A stretch of 64,000 nt of DNA from Tubulanus polymorphus (lineage: Eukaryota; Animalia; Nemertea). The number at the start of each line of letters is the position of its first letter. The stretch's first letter is position 1. The position numbers and the translations under genes are program-made. The notes below the pieces were generated by a model. The model saw only the letters and a list, made by a program, of their open reading frames with translations. It was not told where the DNA came from and did not search any database. The stretch spans positions 9,982,001 through 10,046,000 of the forward strand of contig NC_134031.1 in assembly GCF_964204645.1 (NCBI RefSeq). Direction: 5' to 3'. Shown here one piece after another: positions 46,374-59,161 of this stretch.

Positions 46374-48370
46374 ATGTCAAACGCGTTAAGAAGCGATGTC
46401 GATACTCGAGATACTCCTCAGGGGACAACCGCAATGGAAGTCGATCCAATCGAAAAAGGCGTAGAAGCAAAAAATCACAAGAAGAGATAGATGAAGAAAC
46501 TTTAGAAGAAGTTCAAAAACATTTAGAATACTACCAAGAAATGGCATCAATTTTGGAAAAAATAATACAAAACAAGCAATCTAGTGTGGAATCATTGCCA
46601 TAATTGCCAGAAACGGATATAAAGATATTGTTGGGGTTAAAAGAATCAAAAATTAAAAAGAAAATGAGTGGAAATGAGTTACATAAGTTTTTAAAATCAA
46701 AATTAACAAATTAACAGATGTAAGCTTTAAAGAAATAGGTTTAGTATCATTTGCTGAAATAACCGTTTTATTAAACTAGGGGTCCAGGGACACCATGCCC
46801 ACTTGGGAAGTGGTTCGAAATGCTCAACAATCTAACAATTTCAATATTCAATGCCCCCTGGTGACCATATACTGAATCCAATGACCTTGAAACTCACCAC
46901 AATCATAGAACATGTCAGCAGCTACGATTTTGTAATTGATTGTGATAACAAAATATGCCTCGTTACCACTTTAATATGGAAATACTAAGTTATTCTACTA
47001 TTCAACGCCCCCTGGTGACCATATTCAAAACCCAATGACCTTGAAACTCAACACAATCATAGAACATGTCACGAACTATAACTTTGTAATTGATCATGGT
47101 AACAAAATATGCCTAGGTACCAATATAATAAGGAAATACTAAGTTATTCTACTATTCAATGCCCCCTGGTGACCAAATAGAATAACTAATGGCCTTAAAA
47201 CTTGCCACAATCATAGATGATGTCATGAGCTACAACTTTGCAATTGATTGTGGTTACAATATATGCATTGATACGAATATAATATAGAAATACTAAGATA
47301 TTGCATTATTCAACGCCCCCTGGTGGCCATATACAAAAATCAATGACCTTGAAACTCACCACAATCATAGAACACGTTATGAGCTACAACTTTCTAAATC
47401 ATTGTGGTAACAAAATACGCTTAGGTATCAATATAATGTGGAAAAACTTTTTCCCACTTACGAATGAGTACTGGTGACACCAAGATGGCCGCCAATTGCG
47501 TCATAATTGGTGGATCAAAAATACCTGTCTCAGGTATAAAACATCCCTTTCCAAAAAATACCCATCACAAATTGCAAAGAGAAATGATAAACCAGTAGGA
47601 AGCTACAGGACTCAGAATTTGGGCCAAAATTAACATTTTTGGGCACTAAAAAGGTCATAGGACGGCCCGTTGAGTCCGATCGACCCAATTTTCGTTATGC
47701 TGATGGGCCCTGTGGGAATTCACATATATCCGAAAGATCAAGGTAATTGATCAAAGCGTCTTCAAAATTTTCCTCAAAAAGTTCAAAAATGTGTAAAAAG
47801 TGCTGATTTTGGCGAACAACAATGGCTGCCAGTCGGCCATCTTGAATCGGACAGGGCCAGTTTTTGGGCTGAAGATGTGTCTAGGGTAGATACATCTGTA
47901 ACCCAAATATCAAGAAATTACCTTAAAGCGTCTTCAAAACTTCCCAAAATAACTGGATTCCGTCTACGGACGGACGAACGGACGGACGGACGACGGACGA
48001 AAAGTGAACGCAATAGCCCGCTGGGACTAAAGTCCCAAGTGGGCTAAAAAAAAACTATAGATCTTTATTATTTAAAAAAGCAAAACATCTATGGGACCAT
48101 ATCATTTTCGGGGATTATTTAAATAGGGGGCTTTTAATGTTTAATAAACAAACTGCCGGGATTTCTTGGGCTTCTTGGGTAAAAAGAAACATAAGTATTA
48201 GTGCCGGGCATGAAAGAAAATTAAGAAGCGTAGGTAGATTATTTACATATAAAAGATTCCAATTATAAAGTCTGTCATTTTTTGATATAGTAAAATATTT
48301 AAATGATATCGAAAAAATGTTTGACAATGATCCAGAAATTGAAAAGTTCTGGTTGGAATTATAAATCAAA
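46374..48370 (+). pseudogene. Accessory gene (SWASWVKRNISISAGHERKLRSVGRL) split by an insertion
   Basis: LLGLKESK and ISAG.ERKLR.VGRL are shared with 41541-41831. Confidence 0.65.
46775..48046 (+). mobile_element. HINE/DINE-like element with subterminal IR, ~154-bp x4 internal repeat, (GGAC)n and 3' stem-loop
   Basis: gcccacttggga / tcccaagtgggc; terminal hairpin tagcccgctgggact-aa-agtcccaagtgggcta; inserted in an A-run. Confidence 0.8.
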
Positions 48371-48644
48371 TGATGTATTAGTTGAAACTATAAATTGTGT
48401 CAATACAACGACCGAACATACTCGTATATGTATTGTGTAAATCTGCTTGGTGAATATTCTACGTTCGGTTGTTTCAATTTTACAGAATAAATATACAATT
48501 ATGATACGCGCATTGAGCAAAAGCGCGCCTCAATGCGCGCTTTTGCCCAGTGCGCATGCGACACGGATATTGTAACTGGTATGATTTTGATATCAAGGAT
48601 CCGAAATGACTAATCAAAAGCAGCGAAAAATTCATATATTGTAA

Positions 48645-49289
48645 ATGGAAAGTAAACAGCCACAAATTATTAATATTACAAATAACGCTGGTGTAATAAA
48701 TATTTATCATAAGATATGTGTGAATAAGTGTGAATTAAATAAACAATCTTCAGAATATTACAAACAGAAGTTTTACAAAGATGGTTTACGAAATATTTGT
48801 AAAACATGTTGGAAACAAAATAACGCACAATATCGAGAAAATAACCCAGAATACATGAGAGAATGGATAAAAGATAACCGTGAACATATCAATAATTACC
48901 AACAAGTAAAATATAATTCAGATCCATTATTCAAATTAAAGCATACTAACAGAACTAGTTTGAACAGAGTTTTCAAAAATTTTATAAAATCTGATAGATC
49001 ATTTGGTAATTTAGGGTGTTCTATAGAATTTCTTAAAGCATGGATAGAATATCAGTTCGATAATAACATGAAATTTGAGAATCATGGAGAATATTGGGAG
49101 TTAGATCATGTTATCCCATTATTATCAATAGAAGATGAATCTGAAATAAAATCAATATGTAATTGGATGAATATTCAACCTTTATCGAAAATAGAAAATA
49201 GAATTAAACGTGATAAAATTGATAATGAATTATATAATAATCAAATAATTAAAGCTGAAAGATTTATACAATTATGGAATATGATTTAA
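48645..49289 (+). CDS. HNH endonuclease of giant-virus type (214 aa, open)
   Basis: LGCSIEFLKAWIEYQFDNNM..NHG.YWELDHVIP...NWMNIQPL..IEN..K.DK. Confidence 0.88.
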   Translation: MESKQPQIINITNNAGVINIYHKICVNKCELNKQSSEYYKQKFYKDGLRNICKTCWKQNNAQYRENNPEYMREWIKDNREHINNYQQVKYNSDPLFKLKHTNRTSLNRVFKNFIKSDRSFGNLGCSIEFLKAWIEYQFDNNMKFENHGEYWELDHVIPLLSIEDESEIKSICNWMNIQPLSKIENRIKRDKIDNELYNNQIIKAERFIQLWNMI

Positions 49290-51523
49290 TATCGAGAATC
49301 CGAAATGACTTATCTGGAGAGTTATTTTAACTGCTCCTATAGATAGACAAAAGTAGTGAGGTATTGAATCCTAATTCGAATGAAAAATATTTAAAAAACA
49401 ATATCTTTAACTAGCCATTATTTTTATTTCTATTCTATTAGAATTCTAATATTTCTTTTCAAAAAGAGAATACTTTATATTTTGGTAAGATTTGAATAAA
49501 AATTGCATATCTTCAAATAGCTATTCAAATCTAGTTAATACTAGAATTCTTTAAGTTAACTAAGCTAGCATTAACTAAAGAGTTACTAGTATCATTTGAA
49601 GAATAAGTATAATATTTTTTTCGCTTTTTTCTCTAATATAAATGTCAACGAAATTGAATAAGAATAGGATTGATATTGAAAAGACAATTGAGGATTTGGG
49701 CATTACTGGCAATAATGATACAGTTGTTACTAATTGTGCTCAAGTTCATAATATTGATTAATAATTCGTTAACAATTGTATCTATTACTCTACTTTTCAT
49801 TCCATATAATTGCCCTTTCAAATAAGGATCAGTTGTATTTACTAATCTATTCATTAAATCTTTTCTAAATGTTACGGGTTTAATAACTTTCATTTCGGAA
49901 GCTGTTAAATATTCTTCAAATTTTTCGCGTGTTTCGTAATCAATTACACCATCATCTTCATCAGCTAAACTAGAATTATATGATGGATCATCAATTTCAT
50001 AATTATTTAAATTATTATTATATGCTGATCCATCATAATTATCAATATTAGTTTCATTAAAATCAGGTTGTGGTTCATCACTTATACCAGGTTCATCTAA
50101 AGGATCCATGTCATCCCATGGAATTTCTTCATCCATTTATATAATAAAAAATTAAAATTTAAAATATAATATTCCTCCTATTACAATTCCTATACAAGTT
50201 ATAGCTAATTTAGTATTTTCATGTGATTTATTATCATTATTAGTTTTAATTATATCATGCTGAATAATATCAGTTTTTATATTTTCTGATGTATTGTAAT
50301 CTTTTATTTTAGAATCATTATTTAATTTAATATTCTGAGTTTTAGTTTCTGTTGATTGAATATGTTTTTTAATTTTTTCACCTTCCATTAATTTTGGAGC
50401 GGTGATAATCATTTTATTTATATCATCCATTTTTATTAAATCCAGACTTATTATTTATTGTTGCAGTCTCAATTAAATTATTATAACAAATTATATTTCC
50501 CATTTTTCATATTAAATCATCAGAAATAATTAATCAATTAGGGCCTATACAATGATTTAATCTTACATGAGATTTATCTAAATAATTTTGGTACCTGACT
50601 ATGTTTTCTGAAATGGATCTATTTTTATCATTATGAATTGAATCTTCAAATAAAACTTTAAATTGTTTCTGCGCGTCAAATGAAGTATTATCATTTCCAA
50701 CTATTGAGGATCTTGTTTCAACTTGCGCACCTAACATGCAAATCAAATAAGTTCTTATAGATTGATTTATTCTCTGTATTCGAGCTTTATTAAAACCTTC
50801 ACTATTTTCTAAAATAAAATTAATCCATCCATTATTGTTTTGTTGTTGTTTATTATTATAATATTTGGTAATTCATTCCAATTTAGTGTTCTGATATCTG
50901 TATTTGTTATTATTTTACCAAATTCTTTAGTATATAATATTCATAATCCACCCATTGTACCAATTTTTGCTCTAAAATCATTATTTGAATTAATATTAAA
51001 TTCATGACATATTTTATAAAACTTAGAAAAATTAAATTTATTATTTAGTTCATTAAAATATTTTGAAATATTTTGGCAAAGGACATTCTAATTCATCTAA
51101 TATTAACTTTTATTTGAAAATATGTATGCAATCTAAAAAGTAATAAAAATGATTATTCTAACTTATACCACACCCTCTTATTGCACAATAAACTGCAAAA
51201 TTTAATTGGTTCTGCCAATACTTCATATTAGATTTTAATAACCATTTTTTTGCCTCATTTAAATTTTTAAAATGATTACGTAAATATTGAATATATTTTC
51301 CATCTTTGCATTAAAATTATTAGTTTCAGTAACATAAATATCTAAATTAATTAATGAATTTAAAACTTCATTTCTATATGAAATATCTTTATTAAAATCT
51401 ATTGCTGGAATATTATATTTAATTAATCTATTATATTGAAAAGCTACCATTTATATAATAAAAAAATTAATAATTTATTAATTCTTTTAATAATTTATCT
51501 TGTTCTTCAACTGTTATACTTAA

Positions 51524-51967
51524 CTCATTCGCCGGGGATATATTTCTTCATTATCCATTCAATCTGGGGGAATTAATTTTTTCTTCATATTTCAATGTAA
51601 AGGTCGATACATTTCCAGTGTAGAGACCCTCCTAAAACCAATATCTGTTATGAAGCTAATAGGTATCTCTACCAGAAAATGTTAGTTATAAAAAGTTTGG
51701 ACCTACGGGTGCAAGGTAGGACCCCCCAAAACCTGAGGTCAAGTTGAGGTCACGCAACCAAAAAAAGTCGCCGACAACCAGTACATACTGCCTGTGTGTG
51801 TAGAGTATATACAATCGCTTGTGAGCTCTCTATAGAGCATGCTGAAGCAGTGTAAGCAGCCAGACTCGACTAGTTTGCCATCTATCGGGGGTAATAGGAA
51901 CCGTCACTTGAGGCGTGGCCACGACCCAGTTTCTTTGTTTACGCTGTCACGTGAGGCGTGACGACGC
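51524..51967. mobile_element. 444-bp insertion with 16-bp flanking duplication; left end piggyBac-like
   Basis: caactgttatacttaa at 51508-51523 and 51968-51983; empty site in copy 2 (~57645); starts TTAA|CTCATTCGCCG. Confidence 0.75.
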
Positions 51968-53193
51968 CAACTGTTATACTTAAACCTAAAGCTCCAATTG
52001 AGATTGCTAAAGGTGTTAATGGTGAGAATAATGCTAGAAATGTTATTACAGAACTAATTGTAACTGAACCACTGATAATAAAATAATATATAATTTTGCT
52101 TTTTAAATATTTTTTCTTTTTTATCTTTAAGTCATTTTCAAATTCTAATATTTGTTTTTCTAAATATGTTTTTAATTTAGTTTTATTTATATCATGAGGA
52201 GTTATATTAACACCATCATCCATTAATTTATCATCCATTTATTTAGCAAAAAAATTACTAATTAGTAAATTTATATGCTACAAATATAACAATAACAGTT
52301 CCGCCTAAAATCCAAATTATTTCATATTTCTTCTGTTCACTACTTGGGGTATAATAATCTGATAATTTAGGTTTATATAGATGTAATTTTTCTTTATTTG
52401 TTACTGCGTTATATAAACTAATAGCATCATCGACTGATTGAAAATCTCGGTGTGAAATGTTCTGATTATATAATTCTTTATTAATATAATCTATATAATT
52501 TTGTCTCTTTTCTCTATATTCTTCTGCTGCTTTATTATACTTTTCTAACGATAAGTTGTGTCTTTTTTGTTCTGATAATGAACCATTTTCATCAATATGC
52601 TTAAATAAATACCCACCACCAGTAAATGCTAAACCGTTAACAATTGCCGATCCTATAATAGTTATAACTGCAGATGCCATTTATTTAGTAAAAAAATTAC
52701 GCATTTATATAGGAAGAATATATTTTTGTTTTTCCAAATAATCAATAGTTAAATTCGATAAAGTAACTGCTGTGAATGTTAAAACATCATTTATATCAAA
52801 TCTATCAACATTAACACTTCCCATTTTAAATACTTTTTTTAAAACCATTGAATAACCAACAGTTCCAACTGATAGTAATGCTCCATTATATAACCCAGTT
52901 ATTATCCACTTATTATCACTCATTTATTTATCAAAAAAATCACCTTCTTCAAAATATTTAGTTATCTTATTTATGATTAATTCAACATTTATTTCATTAC
53001 TACTTTTATGATTATCATATATTTCAGTTAATATGTTTTTAATGTCTTCGATAATTCCATCTTCATTTAATTCATAATATTCTAAGGGTTTCGCCAAAGA
53101 TTAGAGGCAGATGATACTCTTTTTGAACGTTCACACATCAGTATAGATGACATTATTAAACTACTGAGCCTCTGTTTAAAATGTACATACTTC

Positions 53194-54322
53194 ATGTTCC
53201 AAGGTCAGTACTACCTTCAAATCCACGGAGCAGCCATGGGCTCCCCAGTTTCACCAATCGTGTGTAATCTGTATATGGAAGACTTTGAACAGAAAGCCAT
53301 CGCCACTGCCCTCCATCCGCCACGTATATGGAAGAGGTATGTAGATGATACTTGCACAGTACTTAAGAAGTGTTTTTCTCAGTATTTCACTGACCATTTA
53401 AACAGCATTGATGATGATATTAAATGGACTACCGAGGGTGAGGTCGAGTTACAGGCTTCGTCACAAGCCGATCTAGAGATTTGCAGTGTAGAGAGGGCTC
53501 TAGCGTTTCTCGACACATATGCGGTCATCAATGAGGATGGGTCAATTCGTACTAAAGTATTCCGGAAAACCACACACACAGACCAATATCTAAATTTCAA
53601 CAGCAACCACCCGTTAGAACACAAAAGGGGTGTAGTTAAAACCCTTCTACACAGGGCTGACACCATAGTTAGTGATGATAGTGACAGACAATCGGAGAAA
53701 CAACACATTAAGGAGGTTCTCTCATGGAATGATTACCCTAATTGGGTCTTCAACAAAGTCACCATTCCGAAGCCCAAACCTGTAGTCAGATATAAGCGAG
53801 ACACCCAGGCGCCGCGTAAGAGATCGGTCGTAGTACCATATGTGAAGGGCATGTCTGAACAAATCAGACGGGTGATGAAAGACTACAACATTAGTGTGTA
53901 TTTTAAACCGGTGAACACGTTACGCCAGTTATTAGTTAGACCGAAAGGACCCGGTACCTAAAGAACGCATTACAGTACCGGTGTACCATGTTAAATGTGA
54001 ATCTTGCGATGCGAGTTATGTTGGTGAAACTGAGCGCTCCTTGAGAGCCCGGTTTGGTGAACACCGTCGACCTAGCTCTGTGACGTCAGAGGTATCCCAA
54101 CACATCCATACTGACAATCCTGATCACTCAGTTGATATAGGCAACACAGACATTTTGACGGTGGAACCCCGGTGGTTCGAACGAGGTGTTCAGGAGTCAT
54201 TTTACATATACCTGAGACACCCCACGCTGAATAAAGACTTTGGGAGATTTGTTCTACCCCCTGTATGGAATAACATCCTTAAGGCAGCAGATGGCGCGCG
54301 GGGGCCTTCACAGACCAGCTGA
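53194..54322 (+). pseudogene. Penelope RT (partial) plus GIY-YIG endonuclease, one frameshift
   Basis: GAAMGSPVSP, RYVDD, FLD, HTDQYLNFNSNHP; VYHVKCESCDASYVGETERSLRARFGEH. Confidence 0.92.
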
Positions 54323-54371
54323 CGAGATCCGGCTGTGACGTCACATCAACAACATCTGATGACGTCACATT

Positions 54372-54413
54372 AAGCCTGACGATGCCTACAGAATGTAGGT
54401 GAAAGCTTGCTCT
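54372..54413 (+). ncRNA. Minimal type I hammerhead ribozyme motif in the Penelope pLTR
   Basis: agc-CTGACGA-t-gcctaca-gaa-tgtaggt-GAAA-gctt-gct: core, stem II and short palindromic stem III. Confidence 0.7.
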
Positions 54414-55221
54414 TGTGAGTATCAAAGTTTATCCAATGTATGAGTGTTAAACTGTTCCTAATTTGAATATTCCTGGATAGTAAAGAATGTTTAATGGTAT
54501 TCTAAGGGTGTTTTAATTAAATCAATTACTTTTTCTTTATTATTATTTTCTTTATTAATCATTGATGCATTGTTAAATGATTAACTTTTTATATCAGTAA
54601 TTAGATCATTTAGTTTAATTCTCATTTCTTTACCATGTTTAAAATCAAACCCAAAACATATACTCGGTCCAACAGTTATATTCATTTATATAGTGAAAAA
54701 AATATTCTTTACATCTTATAACTAATTCATAAATTACAGGAAAATTATCTAAATCAATTAAGTATCCATTATGATTTCTTATTTCTAATTTGAAATGATT
54801 AAATCGTGAAATACACGGTTTTAAATCACACTCAGCTAAATTATAATTAATTTGTGTTCCAAATTGTTTAACATTTTTTAATGGCAGAATATTTAATATA
54901 CTAGAATTACAAATTGTATCTTTAGTTGCTTCGAATGTTTTTACAGGGTCAATTAAATTGCAATAAATATAAAAGTTCGTAAAAGGGATCATATTTGAAT
55001 TACCGTCTAACTTTTCAGTAACAGTATCTGGTTTAATTCCTAACAATTTAGCTATTGTTTTTTTTAACATAAATGCAAGTTTGTTTTCATCATCTAACTT
55101 TATTTTAATTCTATTAGAACTTTCACTTTTTATGAATCTTATTGAAAATTTTTCTTTACTTCTAATTTTTAATTGTGCTCTCCGATTAATTTCTTGTGCT
55201 AATGTTTCTAAATTATATAAT

Positions 55222-58200
55222 CCATGGAGACTATTGGGAGTTAGATCATGTTATCCCATTATCATCAATAGAAGATGAATCTGAAATAAAATCAATATGT
55301 AATTGGATGAATATTCAACCTTTATCGAAAATAGAAAATAGAATTAAACGTGATAAAATTGATAATGAATTATATATTAATCAAATAGTTAAAGCTGAAA
55401 GATTTATACAATTATGGAATATGATTTAATATCGAGAATCCGAAATGACTTATCTGGAGAGTTATTTTAACTGCTCCTATAGATAGACAAAAGTAGTGAG
55501 GTATTGAATCCTAATTCAAATGAAAAATATTTAAAAAACAATATCTTTAACTAGCCATTATTTTTATTTTTATTCTATTAGAATTCTAATATTTCTTTTC
55601 AAAAAGAGAATACTTTATATTTTGATAAGATTTGAATAAAAATTGCATATCTTCAAATAGCTATTCAAATCTAGTTAATACTAGAATTCTTTAACTTAAC
55701 TAAGCTAGCATTAACTAAAGAGTTACTAGTATCATTTGAAGAATAAGTATAATATTTTTTTCGCTTTTTTCTCTAATATAAATGTCAACGAAATTGAATA
55801 AGAATAGGATTGATATTGAAAAGACAATTGAGGATTTGGGCATTACTGGCAATAATGATACAGTTCTTACTAATTGTGCTCAAGTTCATAATATTGATTA
55901 GTAATTCGTTAACAATTGTATCTATTACTCTACTTTTCATTCCATATAATTGCCCTTTCAAATAAGGATCAGTTGTATTTACTAATCTATTCATTAAATC
56001 TTTTCTAAATGTTACGGGTTTAATAACTTCCATTTCGGAAACTGTTAAATATTCTTCAAATTTTTCACGCGTTTCGTAATCAATTACACCATCATCTTCA
56101 TCAGCTAAACTAGAATTATATGATGGATCATCAACTTCATAATTATTTAAATTATTATTATATGCTGATCCATCATCATTATCAATATTAGTTTCATTAA
56201 AATCAGGTTGTGGTTCATCACTTATACCAGGTTCATCTAAAGGATCCATGTCATCCAATTGAATTTCTTCATCCATTTATATAATAAAAAATTAAAATTT
56301 AAAATATAATATTCCTCCTATTACAATTCCTATACAAGTTATAGCTAATGTAGTATTTTCATGTGATTTATTATCATTATTAGTTTTAATTATATCATGC
56401 TGAATAATATCAGTTTTTATATTTTCTGATGTATTGTAATCTTTTATTTTAGAATCATTATTTAATTTAATATTCTGAGTTTTAGTTTCTGTTGATTGAA
56501 TATGTTTTTTAATTTTTTCACCTTCCATTAATTTTGGAGCGGTGATAATCTTTTTGTTTATATCATCCATTTTTATTTAATCCAAACTTATCATTTATTG
56601 TTGCAGTCTTAATTAAATTATTATAACAAATTATATTTCCCATTTTTCATATTAAATCATCAGAAATAATTAATCAATTAGGGCCTATACAATGATTTAA
56701 TCTTACATGAGATTTATCTAAATAATTTTGGTACCTGAATATGTTTTCTGGAATCGATCTATTTTTATCATTATGAATTGAATCTTCAAATAAAACTTTA
56801 AATTGTTTCTGCGCGTCAAATGAAGTATTATCATTTCCAACTATTGAGGATCTTGTTTCAACTTGCGCACCTAACATGCAAATCAAACAAGTTCTTATAG
56901 ATTGATTTATTCTCTGCATTCCAGCTTTAGTAAAACCTTCACTATTTTCTAAAATAAAATTAATCCATCCATTATTGTTTTGTTGTTGTATATTATTATA
57001 ATATTTGGTAATTCATTCCAATTTAGTGTTCTTATATCTGTATTTGTTATTATTTTACCAAATTCTTTAGTATATAATATTCATAATCCACCCATTGTAC
57101 CAATTTTTGCTCTAAAATCATTATTTGAATTAATATTAAATTCATTACATATTTTATAAAACTTAGAAAAATTGAAATTATTATTTAGTTCATTAAAATA
57201 TTTTGAACCTGGTAAAGGACATTCTAATTCATCTAATATTAATTTTATTTGAAAATATGTATGAAATCTAAAAAGTTATAAAAATGATCATTCCAACTTA
57301 TACCACACCCTGTTGTTGCACAATAAACTGCAAAATTTAATTGGTTCTGCCAATCCTTCATATTAGATTTTAATAACCATTGTTTTGCCTCATTTAAATT
57401 TTTAAAATCAATTACGTAAATATTGAATATATTTTCCATCTTTGCATTAAAATTATTAGTTTCAGTAACATAAATATCTAAATTAATTAATGAATTTAAA
57501 ACTTCATTTCTATATGAAATATCTTTATAAAAATCTATTGCTTGAATATTATATTTAATTAATCTATTATATTGAAAAGCTACCATTTATATAATAACAA
57601 AATTAATAATTTATTAATCCTTTTAATAATTTATCTTGTTCTTCAACTGTTATACTTAAACCTAAAGCTCCAATTGAGATTGCTAAAGGTGTTAATGGTG
57701 AGAATAATGCTAGAAATGTTATTACAGAACTAATTGTAACTGAACCACTGATAATAAAATAATATATAATTTTGCTTTTTAAATATTTTTTCTTTTTTAT
57801 CTTTAAGTCATTTTCAAATTCTAATATTTGTTTTTCTAAATATGTTTTTAATTTAGTTTTATTTATATCATGAGGAGTTATATTAACACCATCATCCATT
57901 TTTTTAGCAAACAAATTACTAATTAGTAAATTTATATGCTACAAATATAACAATAACAGTTCCGCCTAAAATCCAAATTATTTCATATTTCTTCTGTTCA
58001 CTACTTGGGGTATAATAATCTGATAATTTAGGTTTATATAGATGTAATTTTTCTTTATTTGTTACTGCGTTATATAAACTCATAGCATCATCGACTGATT
58101 GAAAATCTCGGTGTGAAATGTTCTGATTATATAATTCTTTATTAATATAATCTATATAATTTTGTCTCTTTTCTCTATATTCTTCTGCTGCTTTATTATA

Positions 58201-58977
58201 CTTTTCTAACGATAAGTTGTGTCTTTTTTGTTCTGATAATGAACCATTTTTATCAATATGCTTAAATAAATACCCACCACCAGTAAATTCTAAACCGCTA
58301 ACAATTGCCGATCCTATAATAGTTATAACTGCAGATGCCATTTATTTAGTAAAAAAATTACGCATTTATATAGGAAGAATATATTTTTGTTTTTCCAAAT
58401 AATCAATAGTTAAATTCGATAAAGTAACTGCTGTGAATTTTAAAACATCATTTATATCAAATCTATCAACATTAACACTTCCCATTTTAAATACTTTTTT
58501 TTAATACCATCGAATAACCAACAGTTCCAACTGATAGTAATGCTCCATTATATAACCCAGTTATTATCCACTTATTATCACTCATTCATTTATCAAAAAA
58601 AAAATCACCTTCTTCAAAATATTTAGTTATCTTATTAATGATTAATTCAACATTTATTTCATTACTACTTTTATGATTATCATATATTTCAGTTAATATG
58701 TTTCTAATGTCATCGATAATTCCATCTTCATTTAATTCATAATATTCTAAGGGTGTTTTAATTAAATCAATTACTTTTTCTATATTATAATTTTCTTTAT
58801 TAATCATTGATGCATTGTTAAATGATTAACTTTTTATATCAGTAATTAGATCATTTAGTTTAATTCTCATTTCTTTACCATGTTTAAAATCAAACCCAAA
58901 ACATATACTCAGTCCAACAGTTATATTCATTTATATAGTGAAAAAAATATTCTTTACATCTCATAACTAATTCATTT
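55222..58977. repeat. Tandem segmental duplication (copy 2) of ~49083-54740, lacking the two insertions
   Basis: Near-identical sequence from the HNH 3' half through the structural ORFs. Confidence 0.92.
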
Positions 58978-59161
58978 CAACTGTATCAATATTACTAATT
59001 AAATATTTTTTATGAATTGTTAATTTTGTTAACTTCTTAAATTTATAATCTACTGATTTAGCATTCGTGATATCTTTTATTCTATCTAGAAATGATTTGT
59101 TGTTCTCACTGTGTGCTTGTTTACTCTCCATTTTAATAACATATTTTTTATTAAAATTGAA

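Larger units (their letters stand above)
53090..54497 (+). mobile_element. 5'-truncated Penelope-like retroelement, 12-bp TSD
   Basis: tattctaagggt at 53078-53089 and 54498-54509; empty site at ~58743; RT plus GIY-YIG. Confidence 0.93.
49765..55221 (-). pseudogene. Polinton C structural module, copy 1 (penton, small membrane ORFs, 462-aa homolog, MDEEI gene)
   Basis: Collinear with 13714-17400; ORFs 54645-55070, 52705-52923, 52258-52680, 51939-52238, 50152-51450 and 49645-50136. Confidence 0.85.

Noticed and set aside
49645-49765. C-terminus of the 163-aa ORF
   Set aside because: Antisense read-through across a deletion junction into the start of the 200-aa homolog.
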